Source: Balamuthia mandrillaris (taxonomy: Eukaryota). From it: 64,000 nucleotides of DNA. Below are positions 12,184-25,657 of the stretch, piece by piece. Position numbers and translations under genes: made by a program. The stretch spans positions 1 to 64,000 of the forward strand of contig JAVKOQ020000071.1 of the NCBI GenBank assembly GCA_031835245.2, written 5' to 3'. How positions within the stretch are numbered: position 1 is the first letter of the stretch; each line of letters begins with the position of its first letter. The notes under the pieces were generated by a model. The model ran no database searches. It was not told where the DNA came from and saw only the letters and a program-made list of their open reading frames with translations.

Positions 12184-13998
12184 AGGTTCGTCTTGTTTTT
12201 TGTTGCTTCCAACAACTCCATATCTAAACTGAAACGGAGAAGCTGAAGTGGAAGAAAGGTCTGTTGTTGGTGTTTCTGCTCCTATCCATTCTTCTTCTTG
12301 TTTTTCTTCTTGGTCAGGCTCCTTGCTTCGGTCTTCTTCAATTTCATCTACACTCTGTTCTCTCTTCCTTCTTTCTTCTTCTGTTCTGGCCAACAGATCA
12401 GCACCTTGGTTTCGTTTCGAAACAATAGAAGCCACGCTTTTTGATTTACTCAACGGTTGCCTCCTCCTTCTTTCGTTTCCTCTCATTTCGTTTCCTTCGC
12501 CTTCTCCTTCTTCAGTTTCTTCTTTCTCTCCCTCTTCTCTTTCTTTTCTTCTCATCATCAACATTATTTTTCTTTGTTGCGCGTCACTATAAGAGGAAGC
12601 CGGTAGGTTGGCAGTAGCCGAACCTCTTCGACGAAGCGCAGCAGCATTCGCAGCAGCAGAGCTCTTTCTTCTTCCTCTCCCTTCTTCTTCGACACTTCTT
12701 CTTGCCTTCCTCTTGTTGTTTAAGAGATGACGAGGAATACCTCCTGTAGAATAGGCTAACTGCGATTTCTTGTTCATTCGTTGTGCTCTCAAGTCTTCGA
12801 GGGGTCGTCGAAGGAACGAGGTAGAGACTTGAGGATGCTTAGGGTTGATGTCTCCTGCTCCTTTTAGGTCCATTGCGTTGAAAGTAACTTCCAAACCTGA
12901 ATTGAAGCAAAGGGAGTCAAAAGAAGAAATAATAAAGCAGAGGCAAGAGAAGAACAAAAGAAGAGGATAGAAGAAGAGAACAGCAGGAGAACAGAATGAT
13001 GACAGGAAAGAAACCTTCAGTTCGTGGATGAGTGGGTGAAGTAATCAACGGCATAGCTTCTTCGTTCTCCCCAATGTCAACGCCAGCAAGAGAACTGGAC
13101 GAGCGAGACCTAAGATTAGCGTCCCTCCTCCACAAGACTTGATCTTCTTTCCTCTGCCTTTCTTTCTCCAATTGCTTTTGACGTTCAATGCTTCCTGCTA
13201 GTTGTTTCACAAACTATGTATTTTTATGGTTACTATGTTTAGTAAAAATGAAAGGAAGAATAGAAACAGGTACAAGAACACGAAGAAGAACTTACGCGTT
13301 GCACACGAGCATTTCGCCTTGCGTCTCTCATTCTCTTCTTATGCAGCTTGTTGTCGTACAGAGTGTAAATACAATACAAAATAATGATGATAACGCATAC
13401 TATCAGCGATGCCAATGCCCACCACCTATTGTTTGAGTACAGAGAAAAGAGAAAGAGAGAATAGAGAATAGAGGCAAACAGAGATAAGATAACGGGAGGA
13501 CAAAGCAAATAGAGAGTAAGAAAACATACTTTTGATTTTTCATAGACTTGCCTTTGGCAGTAAGATAAATATAGGCCAACTGTTGGATAACAATATGTTG
13601 ATTAGTTCAAAACAATACACATTATCATAAAATGAGAGCTACGATGGGTTTGAAAGAGAGAGAACCTCAATGATACATAGTGGAATGAGAGTAACCATCA
13701 TCCAAATCGCCATTCTCTGTACCTATAATTTTCAAAAAAAAAACCACAAATGTTAAACAACCAACATAGGATCAATAACAATGACATCACTTACGTTTGG
13801 ATAAACGGTAACCCCTTGGCGAAAGAACGAAAAACCAGTACAGGTTCTTGGTTTGGCGGTGTTGTCTCTTTTTCTCAGGTCGCAACGCCCAAAGAGAACA
13901 CCTAATATCCAGGGCACCGTCAACAGCAGCACGTCACTTCCTGCCATAGTTCCAATACCAACCGACTAAAACAAAGAAGAGAATAGAAAAGAGAAGAA

Positions 13999-14038
<40 letters not shown>

Positions 14039-14803
14039 GAATGAAAAACAAAAAGAGGAGAGAAGCAGAGAAGCAGGAAGGCAGTGCTGTCACAAACCAG
14101 CTTCTCTTGTACTTTATCCAAGTCGCCGCCAAGGCCAGAGACAAAGACTACAGCAGCATCCGGCAATGCCCCCAGCAACGGCAACAAGAGACCTCCTATC
14201 ACGCCAGCATCTACCACCTTGGATAGTTTGTTGTAAAAGACACAACAAAGAAGAACGAACCGGGAAGAAAGAAAACGAGGAAAAGCTTATAAGCAAAACG
14301 ACTCGTCAACACAAACGTTTTTTTTTAAAAAAAAACAAACCTCCATCAAAACATCGCTGCCTCTTGCAATGAGCTTACTTCCAAAGGCTAGTATGAGGGA
14401 GTAGACCAACACCAGAAACAAGTTGCCGCTGTTTTTCATTTATTATTATTATTATTATTTTTTTTGTGAGTTCTCCATCAGCAGTAACACTTCACACGTT
14501 AAAGTAACGGTTGATGACAAGAAAGACAAATCAAAAAAAAGAAAAGAAAAGAAAAGAAAAGAAAAAATAAAACAGAAAAGAAAATAAAAAAAGTTGATGA
14601 AAGCAAAAAAAACAAAAAAACAAACAGACAAAAACAAAAAAGAACCTTATGGTGTCAGAACAAGGAAAGAATTTGGTGGTGCAGTCTTCCTCTTCCTCGC
14701 CGCTGCCACCCGAGGTGCCGCTGCTGGCCTCGCCAAACAGGCCAAATAAGAAATTTGGAGGGGGATCCCCTTCCAACTCACCAAACGCATCGACCGAAAG
14801 CAT
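11053..14803 (-). CDS. Sodium/calcium exchanger, NCL-like (CaCA superfamily), multi-exon
   Basis: The N-half motifs GVIGGLLLPLLGALPDAAVVFVSGLGG and GTMAGSDVLLLTVPW, and the C-half motifs FADPLVESI...AFYIAFVCAPVAGNAAE and LYGAVVLNNTL...RGLVWNFSAE, match the alpha repeats of plant NCL-type exchangers. Start approximate. Confidence 0.85.
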
Positions 14804-15386
14804 CCCTCTCTCTCTTTCTCTCTCCTTGCTGGCCGTGTGTCAGAATGGATCTTTTTTTTTTTTAATTTTTGAAGAGAGAAAAAGAAGAAGAACGAAAGAA
14901 AGAAAAAGAAAAACCTTGCGGCAAATGTAACACGCGTGGCAAAAAAATAAAAAAAATAAAAAAAATAAAAATAAATAAATAAATAAAAGAGGAAGCTTGC
15001 ACCGGGCCACGAGGGAGTCCCCCACTCTCCAATCTGGTTTCTTCTTCGTCAGACTTTTCTTTTCTTTTCTTTTTACTGCCAACTTTTTTTTTTTGTTATT
15101 GTTTGTTTACTGCAAGGAACAGAAGCGAAGAAGAGCTAAAGCTGTCCAACCGCTGGGCTGCGTTTTCGTTGCCTGCCGCCCGTGGATCATTCAGATTGCG
15201 GAAGAGAACACCGTCATTTCGTGCCTTTGCATTTTTTTTTTGGGTTGAACCAATCGGGGAAATCAGTTAATTCAAATATTTGTTAGCTTTTATTGACAAT
15301 AATTCTCCAAACAACATTCAATTGCCGCGTCGTCATGAAATCTTTGTAAAAGCAAAGTGTGCTTTCTTTGTGGCCTTGCATTCGTC

Positions 15387-17282
15387 TTATCTGTTTTTCT
15401 TCCTCTTCTTCTTCTTCTTTCCGCTCTTTTGCTTCTCGTTCCCCTTCGTTACTTCGTTGTGCTGTCTGCCGTCTTCGTCTTTAGCCGTTCGGCTTTCTTG
15501 TGCTTCGTCGGCGGTGCTTGTTTGCTGCACCTTTGTTGTTGTTGTTACTTGCGTGGCTGCCGGTGGTTCCCTGCAAGCCGTCAGGGAGCGATACTGCTCC
15601 CAGGTGAAGGTCTCTCCGGTGCGAAAATCAAAGCCAAACAAGGCCTTAAGCAGCAGGTTGTCCTGACGAGCATGACCGTAGTAGCCGTCCACGGTGAAGA
15701 GAGTGGATTGCCCGCCAGGCGAGCGTCCAACCATCTCTCTCTCCAGGGCGTTGTCATCGTTGGAGCTCTGCCCGCTGGCATGCCCCAACAGCTTCTTGTG
15801 GCCTTCCTTCAAGAGACGAAACGCCTCCGAGTGGTACCACCCGGGCTCCTCCGTCAGTTTGGAGTTGCAGTAGGCCACTATGCGAGCCCTGCTCTTGGAC
15901 TTGTTGCGAAGGTTGCGGTGGGGGATGCAAGAGTCCCAGCAGAGCAAGGAGCCAGGCCGCATGGGAACGACCTCCCAGCGAAGCTCCCTGGCTCTGGCAG
16001 GCACCATCAGGGAGGAGGAGAGCCTTCGAAAGATAGAGAGGGCGTGCTGCCAAAAGGAGCGCAAGGTCGTCATGTCTAGCCCCTTCCTGACAAAGGGGTT
16101 TTGGAACATGGCTGGCAGTTCCTCTGTTTCTTCCTCCTCTTCTTCTTTCGTTTTCTCTTCATTGTTGAGTTTCTTATTCTGCTTTGAAGTATAGGAGGAG
16201 GCATTGTTTTGCAAGTATGTGTATAGTTGAATGTAGACATTGAAGGCTGCGAGGTCAAACTTGGGAGGCAATCGTTGTGGGACCGGACCGGGCTCCAAGC
16301 GATACGATCCACAGCCTCTCTCCGGGTGAAAGAACTCTCTGGCCAGAGCAAAGTACAGGTGAAAGCCCTTGACCGCCTCAAATGTTCCCGAATCTCTTGC
16401 TGACACATCTTCGGGAACGTCGATGCAACAGAGCGATTGGAGCCGATGGCCGGGACGAGCGTTATCATCAAATAGGTACGTATCAAGATGGCGTGGCATG
16501 TCCACGCTTCCAGGAGGCTTTATTCCTGCGACATAAACCGAGAGAGAGAGAGAGAGTTATTGCTGGCAGAGAGGAATAACGTATAGGGAACTCAATGTTG
16601 ACTAACCTATTCTTTCAAAGCAATCTCGTTTGATATGTGGGGATCCCATAAGCAAAGCATGCACTTTATGAATGTCAGGATTGCTTTGAACTATGGTCAT
16701 GACCTCTGGGATGAAGTAGAAGTTCCACATGCCCGTATTCTTGGAGAGATAGGGCTTCCTGCGGTTGCCCCCCTTGAAGAATATCTTGTCCGGCTGGTCA
16801 ATGCCCTTGCTCGTTCTGCAATGCGAGTCGGTGAGAAGCAATAGGGAGTCTGGATCCTCGAAAGAGACGTGCAAAGAGGGATCCAAGTCCTTCAACAAGG
16901 AGGAGTTAATGCTGCGAACGATGGCCCCCTTCAATGTTTTGCGTTGCGAAGAGGTGAGGACCGGCTCTGTAGTCACCAGCACGCCATCCCGTTGCCAGGT
17001 TCGTAAGAGCTTGTCGCTGGTCTCCGCAGGCAGAGGCTCAACCAAGGAGGAATAAGGGATAGGAAGTACGTTGGCCTCTCTGATGGTTAGTTCGCAGTGA
17101 AAATGTCAGGTGAACCGCAAATAAATAACCAGAATGTTGGAGAGAGCCACGGTAGCCTACCTCAGTTCTTCTTCAGAGAAGGAAGAGGACAGTTCCTCCA
17201 AAGAAATTGGCTTGACGGTGTCGTCGTTGCTGGCGGGAGCGGCTGGCAGAATGTCGCTGACTTGGGCCACATATCTGCGCAT
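15387..17282 (-). CDS. Phytanoyl-CoA dioxygenase (PhyH)-like Fe/2OG protein, about 3 exons
   Basis: WQRDGVLV, FERIG...MPRHLD (HxD) and VVPMRPGSLLCWDSCIPHRN..RARIVAY (distal His and Arg). Confidence 0.6.
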
Positions 17283-17593
17283 TCGCTCCCGTGTGCCTTT
17301 CTCTTCATCGTCCGGTTTATCAAGGGAGGTACTGCGCTTGCTTTCCTCCCTTTTTCTCTTCTTCTGTGCGTCGTTCACCACCTCCATTGGCTTTCCCCCG
17401 CACGTTGTTTGTGCTTCTCTAAAGCGCTTAGCAGAGAGAGGAGAGGAAAAAAAAATTCCAGGAAAGTTTTCGAACAAAATTTGATTCGTGTCGACGTGAA
17501 ATCGAACTTCACGAAAGACATTCCCCGAATTTTCCTTTTTGTCGACAGATAACATAAAAGAAAGAAAAAGAAAAAAACAAAAGAAAGAAATAT

Positions 17594-18395
17594 ATGGCGA
17601 CAATGACGAAACGTGTGAACCTTGTACGTTCCTTCTTCGCTGTCCACCCGTTCTTTATTTTCTTATTTTAACTCTGTTGTGACCAAAAAAAAAAACAAGA
17701 TAGTAGGGTTAGGCAACAAGATCTATCCGGGAACTCGGCACAGCGTCGGCATGGCCTTTGTGGAGGACATGGCCAAGCGCCTCTCCTTCTCTCCCTGGCA
17801 GCGCGACAAGGCCTGCCTCGCTCACATCGCCCTCTCCCCGGCGAAACCGAACCTCGTTTTGATGCAGCCGACCACGCTGATGAACCTGAATGGACAAAGT
17901 GTGATCAAGACGTGCAGGAAGTATGACGTGGCTTCACCACGTCACGTCTTCCTTGTCCATGACGACGTGGAGACTCCTCTGGGCAAATGGACCCTCCGCT
18001 TTGCCGGCGGTGCTCGCGGGCACAACGGCATTCGCAGCTGCGTGGCCTCGCTGCAAAGCAAGGACGTGCACATGGTTCGGCTGGGCGTGGGCAGGCCGCA
18101 CAACAACAACGACGCGGAGGGCCTGGCGGAGTGGGTGTTGCAAAAGTTCACGCCAAAGGAGCTGCAAGTGTTGAAAGAGGAGAGAGTATTTGAGGACATC
18201 ATGGAAGCCATATTGAAGCAGATAGAAATGGAGGAGAATGAGGGCGAGAACGAAGGAGAGAACAAGATGCAGACAAAGACCAAGACTAAGAGCAAGAGCA
18301 AGACAAAGCAACCACAGCAACGGCTGCCATCAGCACCAGGAAGGGAAGAAGAACTTAAAGAAGCGGACAAACCAGACGAAGAAATGATGCGGTGA
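17594..18395 (+). CDS. PTH1: Peptidyl-tRNA hydrolase (Pth1, bacterial/mitochondrial type)
   Basis: Exon 1 MATMTKRVNL|GTACG splices to IVGLGN...YPGTRHSVG, PTTLMNLNG, VHDDVE...GGARGHNG and RLGVGRP. Confidence 0.92.
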
Positions 18396-18482
18396 TAATG
18401 GAAATATAGAGTAAAGAAAGAAGAAATGCTTAAAACGACTCCCAATTAGCACTGATGTATTTCATTTTTTTACGTTTTCTTT

Positions 18483-21400
18483 TTAGTCGATGATACTTTC
18501 GATAAAGTCCATGAAGCGTTTGGCATAAGCATCTGGTGGCACCGCTGATATCGCTTTCTGCTCATCACAAACAAAGGCCACGTAAATAAAGTGAAGAGCA
18601 AGAAGAAGATGAAGATGAAGCAAACAAGAACTGGAAAACAGCAAGAAAAGAAACTACGTACAGAGTCTTGGGTAATGGATTTGATGGCATGCTCTCCTTT
18701 CTTCCGAACGTTGTATGCGATGAGAATATCGATGATACCAACAAAGTACTTTTGTAGAAAAAAGAAGGAATAAATGAAAAAGAAAGCACGAGAGAGAGAG
18801 AGAGAAACGACAAGAAAGAACAAGAGAAGAGCGTACATAGATATGGTCTTCAGGGCTGGACCCAATCATACCACCGTCGTCTTTACAAAACGTAGAAATG
18901 TATTTCTTGCTAAGAGGAGAAAATGATGACGAAGAAGAAGAGGAAGAAGAAGCGGTTTTCTTATCTTCATCAAACGACTTTTTCCGTTCCGTTCCCTTTT
19001 TGCCAGTTGTGCTCTTTTTCTTCTCCTTCTCTTTCTCTTCTTCTTTCTTGGCTTCCGCTTTTTCCTTTTCCTTTTCTTTTCCTTCCTCTTCTTCTTCGTC
19101 AGTACTGCTGATCATTCGTTCCGCTCCTTGCCGAAGATTTCGATAGAACAAAATGCTGCTCGTCAGCTCTCTTCTAGCATTTATCGCCTCTTTCTTCTTT
19201 CTTTTGTTGTTGCTATTCGTTGCCGTTTCATCTTCTTCTTTCTTGTTGCTGCCGTTATTACTGTTGCTATCTACACTTTCCGTTTTCTCAGCTATCAACG
19301 AAGCAGACGTTTTCGAGTGGTTGCGCCGTTGGTTAGTAGTACTTTTCTCTTTCTCTTTTGCTTTCTCTTTCTCTTTTTCTATGTTATTGCTGCTCTTATT
19401 TTCTCTTATCACCTTTTGAATGGTTTTATCAACGGCAGCATCCAAAGAAAGGCCCCTTGTATGCTTTTTTCTCCTTGAAGAAGAGGACGAGGAGGAGGAA
19501 GAAGACGAAGAAGATGAAGAAGGAGAGTCATCACCAACAGTTGCTGAGTGCGCTGCAGGAAGATGAGCTTCTTCAAAGCAGTTGCGAACCGGCAAGGTGG
19601 CAGACGCTTCCTTCAGCTGCTTCAACATTCTCTCCTTTTGTGCGTCACTTTGGGAGAGTTCCTCTCCACGAAGAGAAGAGAATTGAGGACGTTGTTGTTT
19701 GCGACTGGGAAGAGAACGGATTTCTGCGGATTTGGTGATGCCATACTTTGTATCGTGAATGCCAACTAAGATGGAGTAATCCATGATGGAGTTCTCCACC
19801 AAGAACTTTTTATGTTGAAAGAAGAGTTAAATGAGAAAAACGATAAGAGAGGAAAGTGTCTTTAAGACAAAAAAAAAAGAACCTTGCAATCTGACTTGAT
19901 CTGTTCCATAAGCTCTTTCTTTCGAGTAGACCCAAGCAGGATGCGACGATTGAAGTCCAAGTCTTTTAATGTGGATGCTCCTGTTCCTTCTTTCGTCTTT
20001 CTTCCATAAGTCGAACCTTTTAAAAAAATAACATTTGTGGTGAGAGTTCATATTCTTTCTCCATTAACATAAAAGCAAGAGAAAGAGAAAGAGAAAGAGA
20101 AACGACGAAAGAGAAAGAGAAACGACGAAAGAGCAAGAGAAAGAGAAAGAGAAAGAGAAAGAGAAAGAGAAAGAGAAAGAGAAAGAGAAACGACGAAAGA
20201 GAAACGACGAAAGAGAAACGACGAAAGAGAAAGAGAAACGACGAAAGAGCAAGAGAAAGAGAAACAACGAAAGAAAGAGAAAGAGAAACGACGAAAGAGA
20301 AATAAAAGAACAAAAAAAGTTACCTTTGAGGTCGTATTTGTAATGCACTTTCTTGGTGGTGGCAAAGACATTTTCCAGCACAAGCAGCCGGAGGGTGTTT
20401 GTTCTTCGGTTGCCAATTACGAGCTTGTGCAGACCCAAAAACTTGTTCAGCAAAGTGTTTGGGTTATCCTTCAAATGCTGTTTTGTTGAATGTAAGAAAA
20501 AGAGCAAGAAAGAAAGAAAAAATTTAAAAATCAACAAAAAATAACGCACTCTATAATAAGAAGGCAGCATGGAGATCAGCAACCGCTTTTCATCCGAGGA
20601 TATCGTCTTGACCAAAAACTTGCCATCGGGAGAGAAGAAGAACAAACTGCCGCTTTTGCCCTCCGAAATGCTGGCCGCTAGGGAGGAGAGGTTGCCCAAA
20701 AGGATGTTGCCCAACATTTGTTCTGGACCCAAAGAGATGACATACTCCTCATCACTTACGCCACAAATGTCTCTCCTATTTGTGTGTGTTTTTGTTTTTG
20801 TTAAAAAAAGACATTGGCATACTTAAAAAAAAGAAAGAAGTATAAAAAGAGCAGAAAGAAAAACAAAAAAAAAACCTTATGGACTGGAATACACGTGGAG
20901 CATAGTCTATCCATCTATGTCGAGTGGCTCCTCTGCCGTTAATTTCTGCCACCGTTTCTGCTATAAAGTCTTTTGGCTCCAAAGAGCTGGCACAAGCTTC
21001 CGCTGTGCGGGGAGAGAAACTAATGGAGGAAGAAGAGGGTGGAACCGTCAAGTTACTCTTGCTGCCATTAGTGGTAGTTTTGTTACTGCTATGGCTGAGT
21101 GTTGGCGAGTTGGAAACGTTGCAAGTGCTATTATTGGTGTTTTCGAGCTGGCCAACGGAAGTACGGATGCCGATCATGATAGAGACCATTAGGTCGAACT
21201 TGTTTGTGCCGAACCACATTCGTTTGGATGCCGATGGGCTGTTCGGATTCCTGCTCGAAGGATAAACAGAGTTAGCGACGAACCGAACAAGGGATAATAG
21301 AGGAAAGAACGCGAGACGTTAGACAGAGTAAGAGAGAACAAGAAGAGAAAAACGGTACTGGGCAAAAGAAATGTTGGACTTGGAAGAAACAAGACCAAGA

Positions 21401-22472
21401 GTGAGCAACATGTCCGGTTGCTCTTCAGCTGCTTTGCAATATTCCTCAAAAGAGATCTTCTCGTCTTTGTCAGTATCAAACTTCTCGAAAAAGGTGTCCA
21501 CAAACTGTGCCACTCGTTGTTGCTGCTTTACAAGATCTCCATAACCTACAATACTGTTGCCCTTTGTTGTTGTCGTTGTTCAGTATAGACAATAAAAAGC
21601 AAGAGAGAGAAGAACGGAAAGCAGAAAGAAGAAGTATGCAAATTACTAGCACGGAAAGGAAGAGGAAAGAATAAAAAATGAAGAGTGAACCGAAGCAAGA
21701 AGAAAGAGAGAAAAGAAAAACCCACTTCGAACAACTGACTAAGGATGCCATAGATGGACTGCACCATGAGATAAAGCTCCACTTTGCTGATGAAGCCATC
21801 CCCATCGGCGTCCAACAGCCGGAAACCAAACTCCAGTTTGGTCTTCACGTCTCCCTTCATCATGACGCTCATCGACGTGAGAAAGTCTTTCAGGGATACG
21901 TAGCCGTTGCCCTGTCGGTCAAAGTGCTTGAAGAGGATGTCCGCCATTACTGACTGGTTGCAGTCTCCTAAAAAGCCTAAAGCCTATTTTTTGTATTTGT
22001 TTTCAGTTTTTTAAAACAAGAAGATTGAGGAGAGGAAGAACAAGAAGAAGAACAAGAAGAAGAAGAAGAACAAGAAGAAGAAAAAGAAGAAGAACAAGAA
22101 CAAGAAGAAAAAGAACAAGAACAAGAACAAGAAGAAGAACGGAGAACGAAGAAGAACAGGCACAAGAAGAAGGAGAAACGAAGAGGAGAGGGAAAGAAGG
22201 GATGCCGCGCACCTGAGCAAACTCATCTTTGTTAAGCCGGTCTTTTTCTTTTCGTTCCACCGAGTTGAAGCTTTCATAGGCTCGTTGTAAGTCTTGCGCG
22301 TTGTCTTTTGTGTTGCAAAAAAAAAAAATAAATATAATTACAAATGTAAGAAAGAACGAAAGAAAGGTGGTATCGGAGAAGAGAAAAAAAAAAGAGAAAA
22401 AAAAGTACAGTTGGTAAGAGTGATTAGTTCCTCAACATCGTCCGGCGGTAAAGCCGAGCCTTGAGCGCCCAT
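18483..22472 (-). CDS. N-myristoylated NCS/calcineurin-B-like EF-hand domain fused to phosphatidylinositol-4-phosphate 5-kinase (multi-exon)
   Basis: MGAQGS start. EF hands DRQGNGYVS, DADGDGFIS and DTDKDEKIS. PIPK motifs DYAPRVF, GKSGSLFFFSPDGKFLVKTI, KYDLKGST, LKDLDF, MDYSILVGIH, GIIDIL...KKGEH and SAVPPDAYAKRF. Confidence 0.88.
20076..20300. repeat. Composite GAGAAA / ACGACGAAA intronic microsatellite
   Basis: Tandem hexamers interspersed with acgacgaaa units in a PIP5K intron. Confidence 0.85.
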
Positions 22473-23030
22473 CTTACAAACTTTTGTTTACAAAAAAAAA
22501 ACTTGATTTCTTTCCTGTAAAATAAAAATAAAAATAAAGTAAGGAAGGAATCGATCAACGAAAACAATGAAAAATTTGACAAATCAAATCAAAAAAAAAA
22601 TGACTAAACAAACCGAAAACACCGCCGGTCCAACGTTATTGATGTTTTTTTTTTTTTTTTTTTCTTCGCAACTGCCTGTTGGGCGCTGGGACTGCTACTA
22701 GTGCTATGGGTACCAATACACCTTTTGCGTGGTTTGTTTGTTGTTGTTTTTGCTCTAATTTTTTTTATAATTATTATTTTTGGATTTGTATATCTCTGCG
22801 GTTCCAAAAAAAACCGAAAATATATCGCAAAACATGCAATAAAATCCGATAATTAGAGTTACGATCGTTGTTAGGTAGATCTTCCAACCAAAAATCAGAC
22901 GTGGTTGAATTAATTACTGTCGACCAATCAAGATATTGATCTTTTCACTGATACGTTTCGTATGAAAAGATCTTCTGCGTAACGAGAGGCCAAGTAAAAG
23001 CGAAGAAGAGAGAGAGGACGAGAAAGGTGC

Positions 23031-23576
23031 ATGATCCCCGCGATGATGCTTCACATGTTTTCCGGCAAAAGGGGCTTCAGACCCCACAACGGCGACAAGA
23101 GGGACCAAGGCAGCAAGCCCTCCTTTGTCGGCATTGACCCGGCTCTCATCCAACAATTGAGCAGCCCCTCCTCCGGTTCTCCTCTGAGAGGAGCCATCCT
23201 GGAGGTTGGGGACAACGAATTCGAACCCACCGTCCAACTTTCTGCTAGACTGGAAGACAACGAACCCGCCTCGGAGCTTCGCCAGGTTCTGGCCTCTCTG
23301 CCAGAAGACCAATGCCGTTGGGTGCTCTACCGATGGCCCAACAATAAAGAGGGAGACGAGGCCAAAGCACCCATTCTGTTGTTGCTGCAGCATACTCCAG
23401 AGCAAGCGACTTCCAAACAGGCTTTGCGTTTCAATACGTTCCATCCGGCATTGCTGAACCGAATCAACGCGAGCAAAGGCCAAACGAAACTGCTGGTAGT
23501 GCAGCCCAACAGTAACGGCTGCGTGGAGGAACGCTTGCAGTCGATCACCGCGCTGGTTTTGGAGGAAGCAGCTTGA
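23031..23576 (+). CDS. Putative ADF-H (cofilin/twinfilin-like) domain protein
   Basis: Intronless 181-aa ORF. VLASLPEDQCRWVLY...ILLLLQHTPEQATSKQALRF resembles the ADF-H pattern LP..ECRYAVY...FI.W.P..A..K..M.Y. Confidence 0.5.
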   Translation: MIPAMMLHMFSGKRGFRPHNGDKRDQGSKPSFVGIDPALIQQLSSPSSGSPLRGAILEVGDNEFEPTVQLSARLEDNEPASELRQVLASLPEDQCRWVLYRWPNNKEGDEAKAPILLLLQHTPEQATSKQALRFNTFHPALLNRINASKGQTKLLVVQPNSNGCVEERLQSITALVLEEAA

Positions 23577-24045
23577 AGGAAACCAAAACTAAAAAACCCA
23601 CTGTGCCTGTATTCTATTTCAAGGTTTTTTACTTTGTTGTGAAGAAGAAGCAGAGTATATGAGAGAAGAGAGAGATAGAGAATGAGAGAACAAGAGACTT
23701 AGCGTATTAACATACCTTTCAACTTTTTTGAGAACGTTGTTGAGGTCTTTTTCTTACGTTCTATCCATCTTTACAAGACGCAAAAGAATAGCGAGGAGAG
23801 AGAGAGAGAGAGAGAGAACCACACGAAAGAATAGCGAGAGAGAGGAAAGAGAGGAGAGGAGGGAGAGGAGAGAAGAGAGAGGAGAGGAGAGAGTTGATCT
23901 ATCAAAATGCAAGATCAGAAGATTAAACCAATCAAAAATCAAAAATAGAGAGCACCAAAGGTGCGCAGCTTGCGCACGTTTTGACCACCGAAGAGAGACG
24001 AAAGAGAAAAACAAAAACAAAAAAAACAGAAAGAGAAGAAAAGAA

Positions 24046-24762
24046 ATGGAAGCAGGAACGGCAACAACACAAACAGAGCAGCGAGCGGAGGCCGGCACCA
24101 AGCGAGGCATCGGCGGCGTCATCGACCGTTACTACAAGCAATACTACGCCGTTGGTTTGTATTTTTTTTTTTTTGGCAACTCTTTATTTACCTTTTGAAT
24201 TCTTACATTTTCATCGAAATAGACGTAAACGGAAAAGAAAGACACGATCAGTACATTTACAAGCACTCCAACCACATGTGTGTGGTGGGCGTGGCGCCCA
24301 CTCACCCGTGTCTGCAAGAGGGGAGGACCGTTGTAGCGGTGAACTTTAAACCCGGTAAACAGGACCACGCCTCTGTCAAAGTGGTCGGAAAGACCAAGCG
24401 TGTGCGTCCTGATCGTCACTTCTCTCTCTCTCTCTCTCTCTGCTTCTCTCCTCATTCTCTTCTCTTGTTGCTCAACTCAATAGGGAGGACATTGGCTGGA
24501 ACCAAGCGGACAACTATGCGAGCTGACTTGCGACGATGGAACCACGTACACAGTGCATGCGTGCGTGCGAGCCCGCCTCCTTGAAATAAACGAGCGGCTC
24601 AAGACCACACCTTCTCTAGTTTCTACCCACGTTAGTCTTTCTTTCTTGTTCTGCTCTTGTTCTTCTTCTTCTTCTTCTTCTGCTTCTTCTTCTTGTTCTT
24701 CTTCTTCTTCTTCTTGTTCTTCTTCTTCTTGTTCTTCTTCTTCTTGTTCTTCTTCTTGTTCT

Positions 24763-24794
<32 letters not shown>

Positions 24795-24798
24795 TTCT

Positions 24799-24830
<32 letters not shown>

Positions 24831-25245
24831 GTTTTTCTCTTTTCTCCTTTCTCTCTCTCTTTGTACTTTTCCTCCCTGTCCTCTCTTTCTTTGAACGTTG
24901 ACTACTGACACACAACACAAAACAAACCTACAGCCCTCCAAAGAAGGTTACATAGCGATTCTAGTCCCCAAGTTCGCAGAGTACGGCAAGGTATGCGCCG
25001 GTCTTCTCTCGGCAGAACAATGGCGGAAGCTGCGCAGCGGAGAAGGGCAGGAGTGCAAAGGCGTTCCCACGGAGGAGGAGTTGCATCAAAGACAAAACTT
25101 GGCAGTGTTGAAGGAAGAGACGTTGAGGGAGTGGAATCGAAAGGAGTCGTTGGCGGAAGAATGGGAGTTGGTCGATGATGGAATCAGTTTTCGTTATGGA
25201 GAAGAGGGAGAGGAACGGATGGAAGAAGAAAAAGAAGAAAGTTGA
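24046..25245 (+). CDS. Abitram / FAM206A (Simiate) homolog, multi-exon
   Basis: DRYY, HSNHMCVVGVAPTHP, VKVVGKTKRGG, YTVHACVRARLLEINERL..PSL and EGYIAILVPK. Confidence 0.85.
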
Positions 25246-25305
25246 AACAAAGGTTTTTTTTTGTTTGGAAAAAATAAGGAGCAAAGAAGGAGAAAAAACA
25301 GAGGA

Positions 25306-25607
25306 TCACTTGAGTTTCTTGAAGAGCTTAGGAGCCATCTGTGGGATATTAAAGAACAGTTAAAAGAAAGCAGAGAGAAGAAAAAAAAAGACGCGGAGAG
25401 ACGTACGCATTTGTCCATGCAATCCCTCCACTCGAAGAATTGGCCGGTGCAGTGGGCGTTTTCGGAAAGAGCTTGCACGTACCATTCCTTCTCCTTTGGC
25501 GCCTATTTTTTTTTAAAAAAAGAAAGACATTAAAAGAGAGAGCGAGAGAGGGAGAGGAGAAGAGAGTGAGAGACGACGGAGAGAGAGAGAGAAGAGAGGA
25601 GATAGGG

Positions 25608-25657
<50 letters not shown>

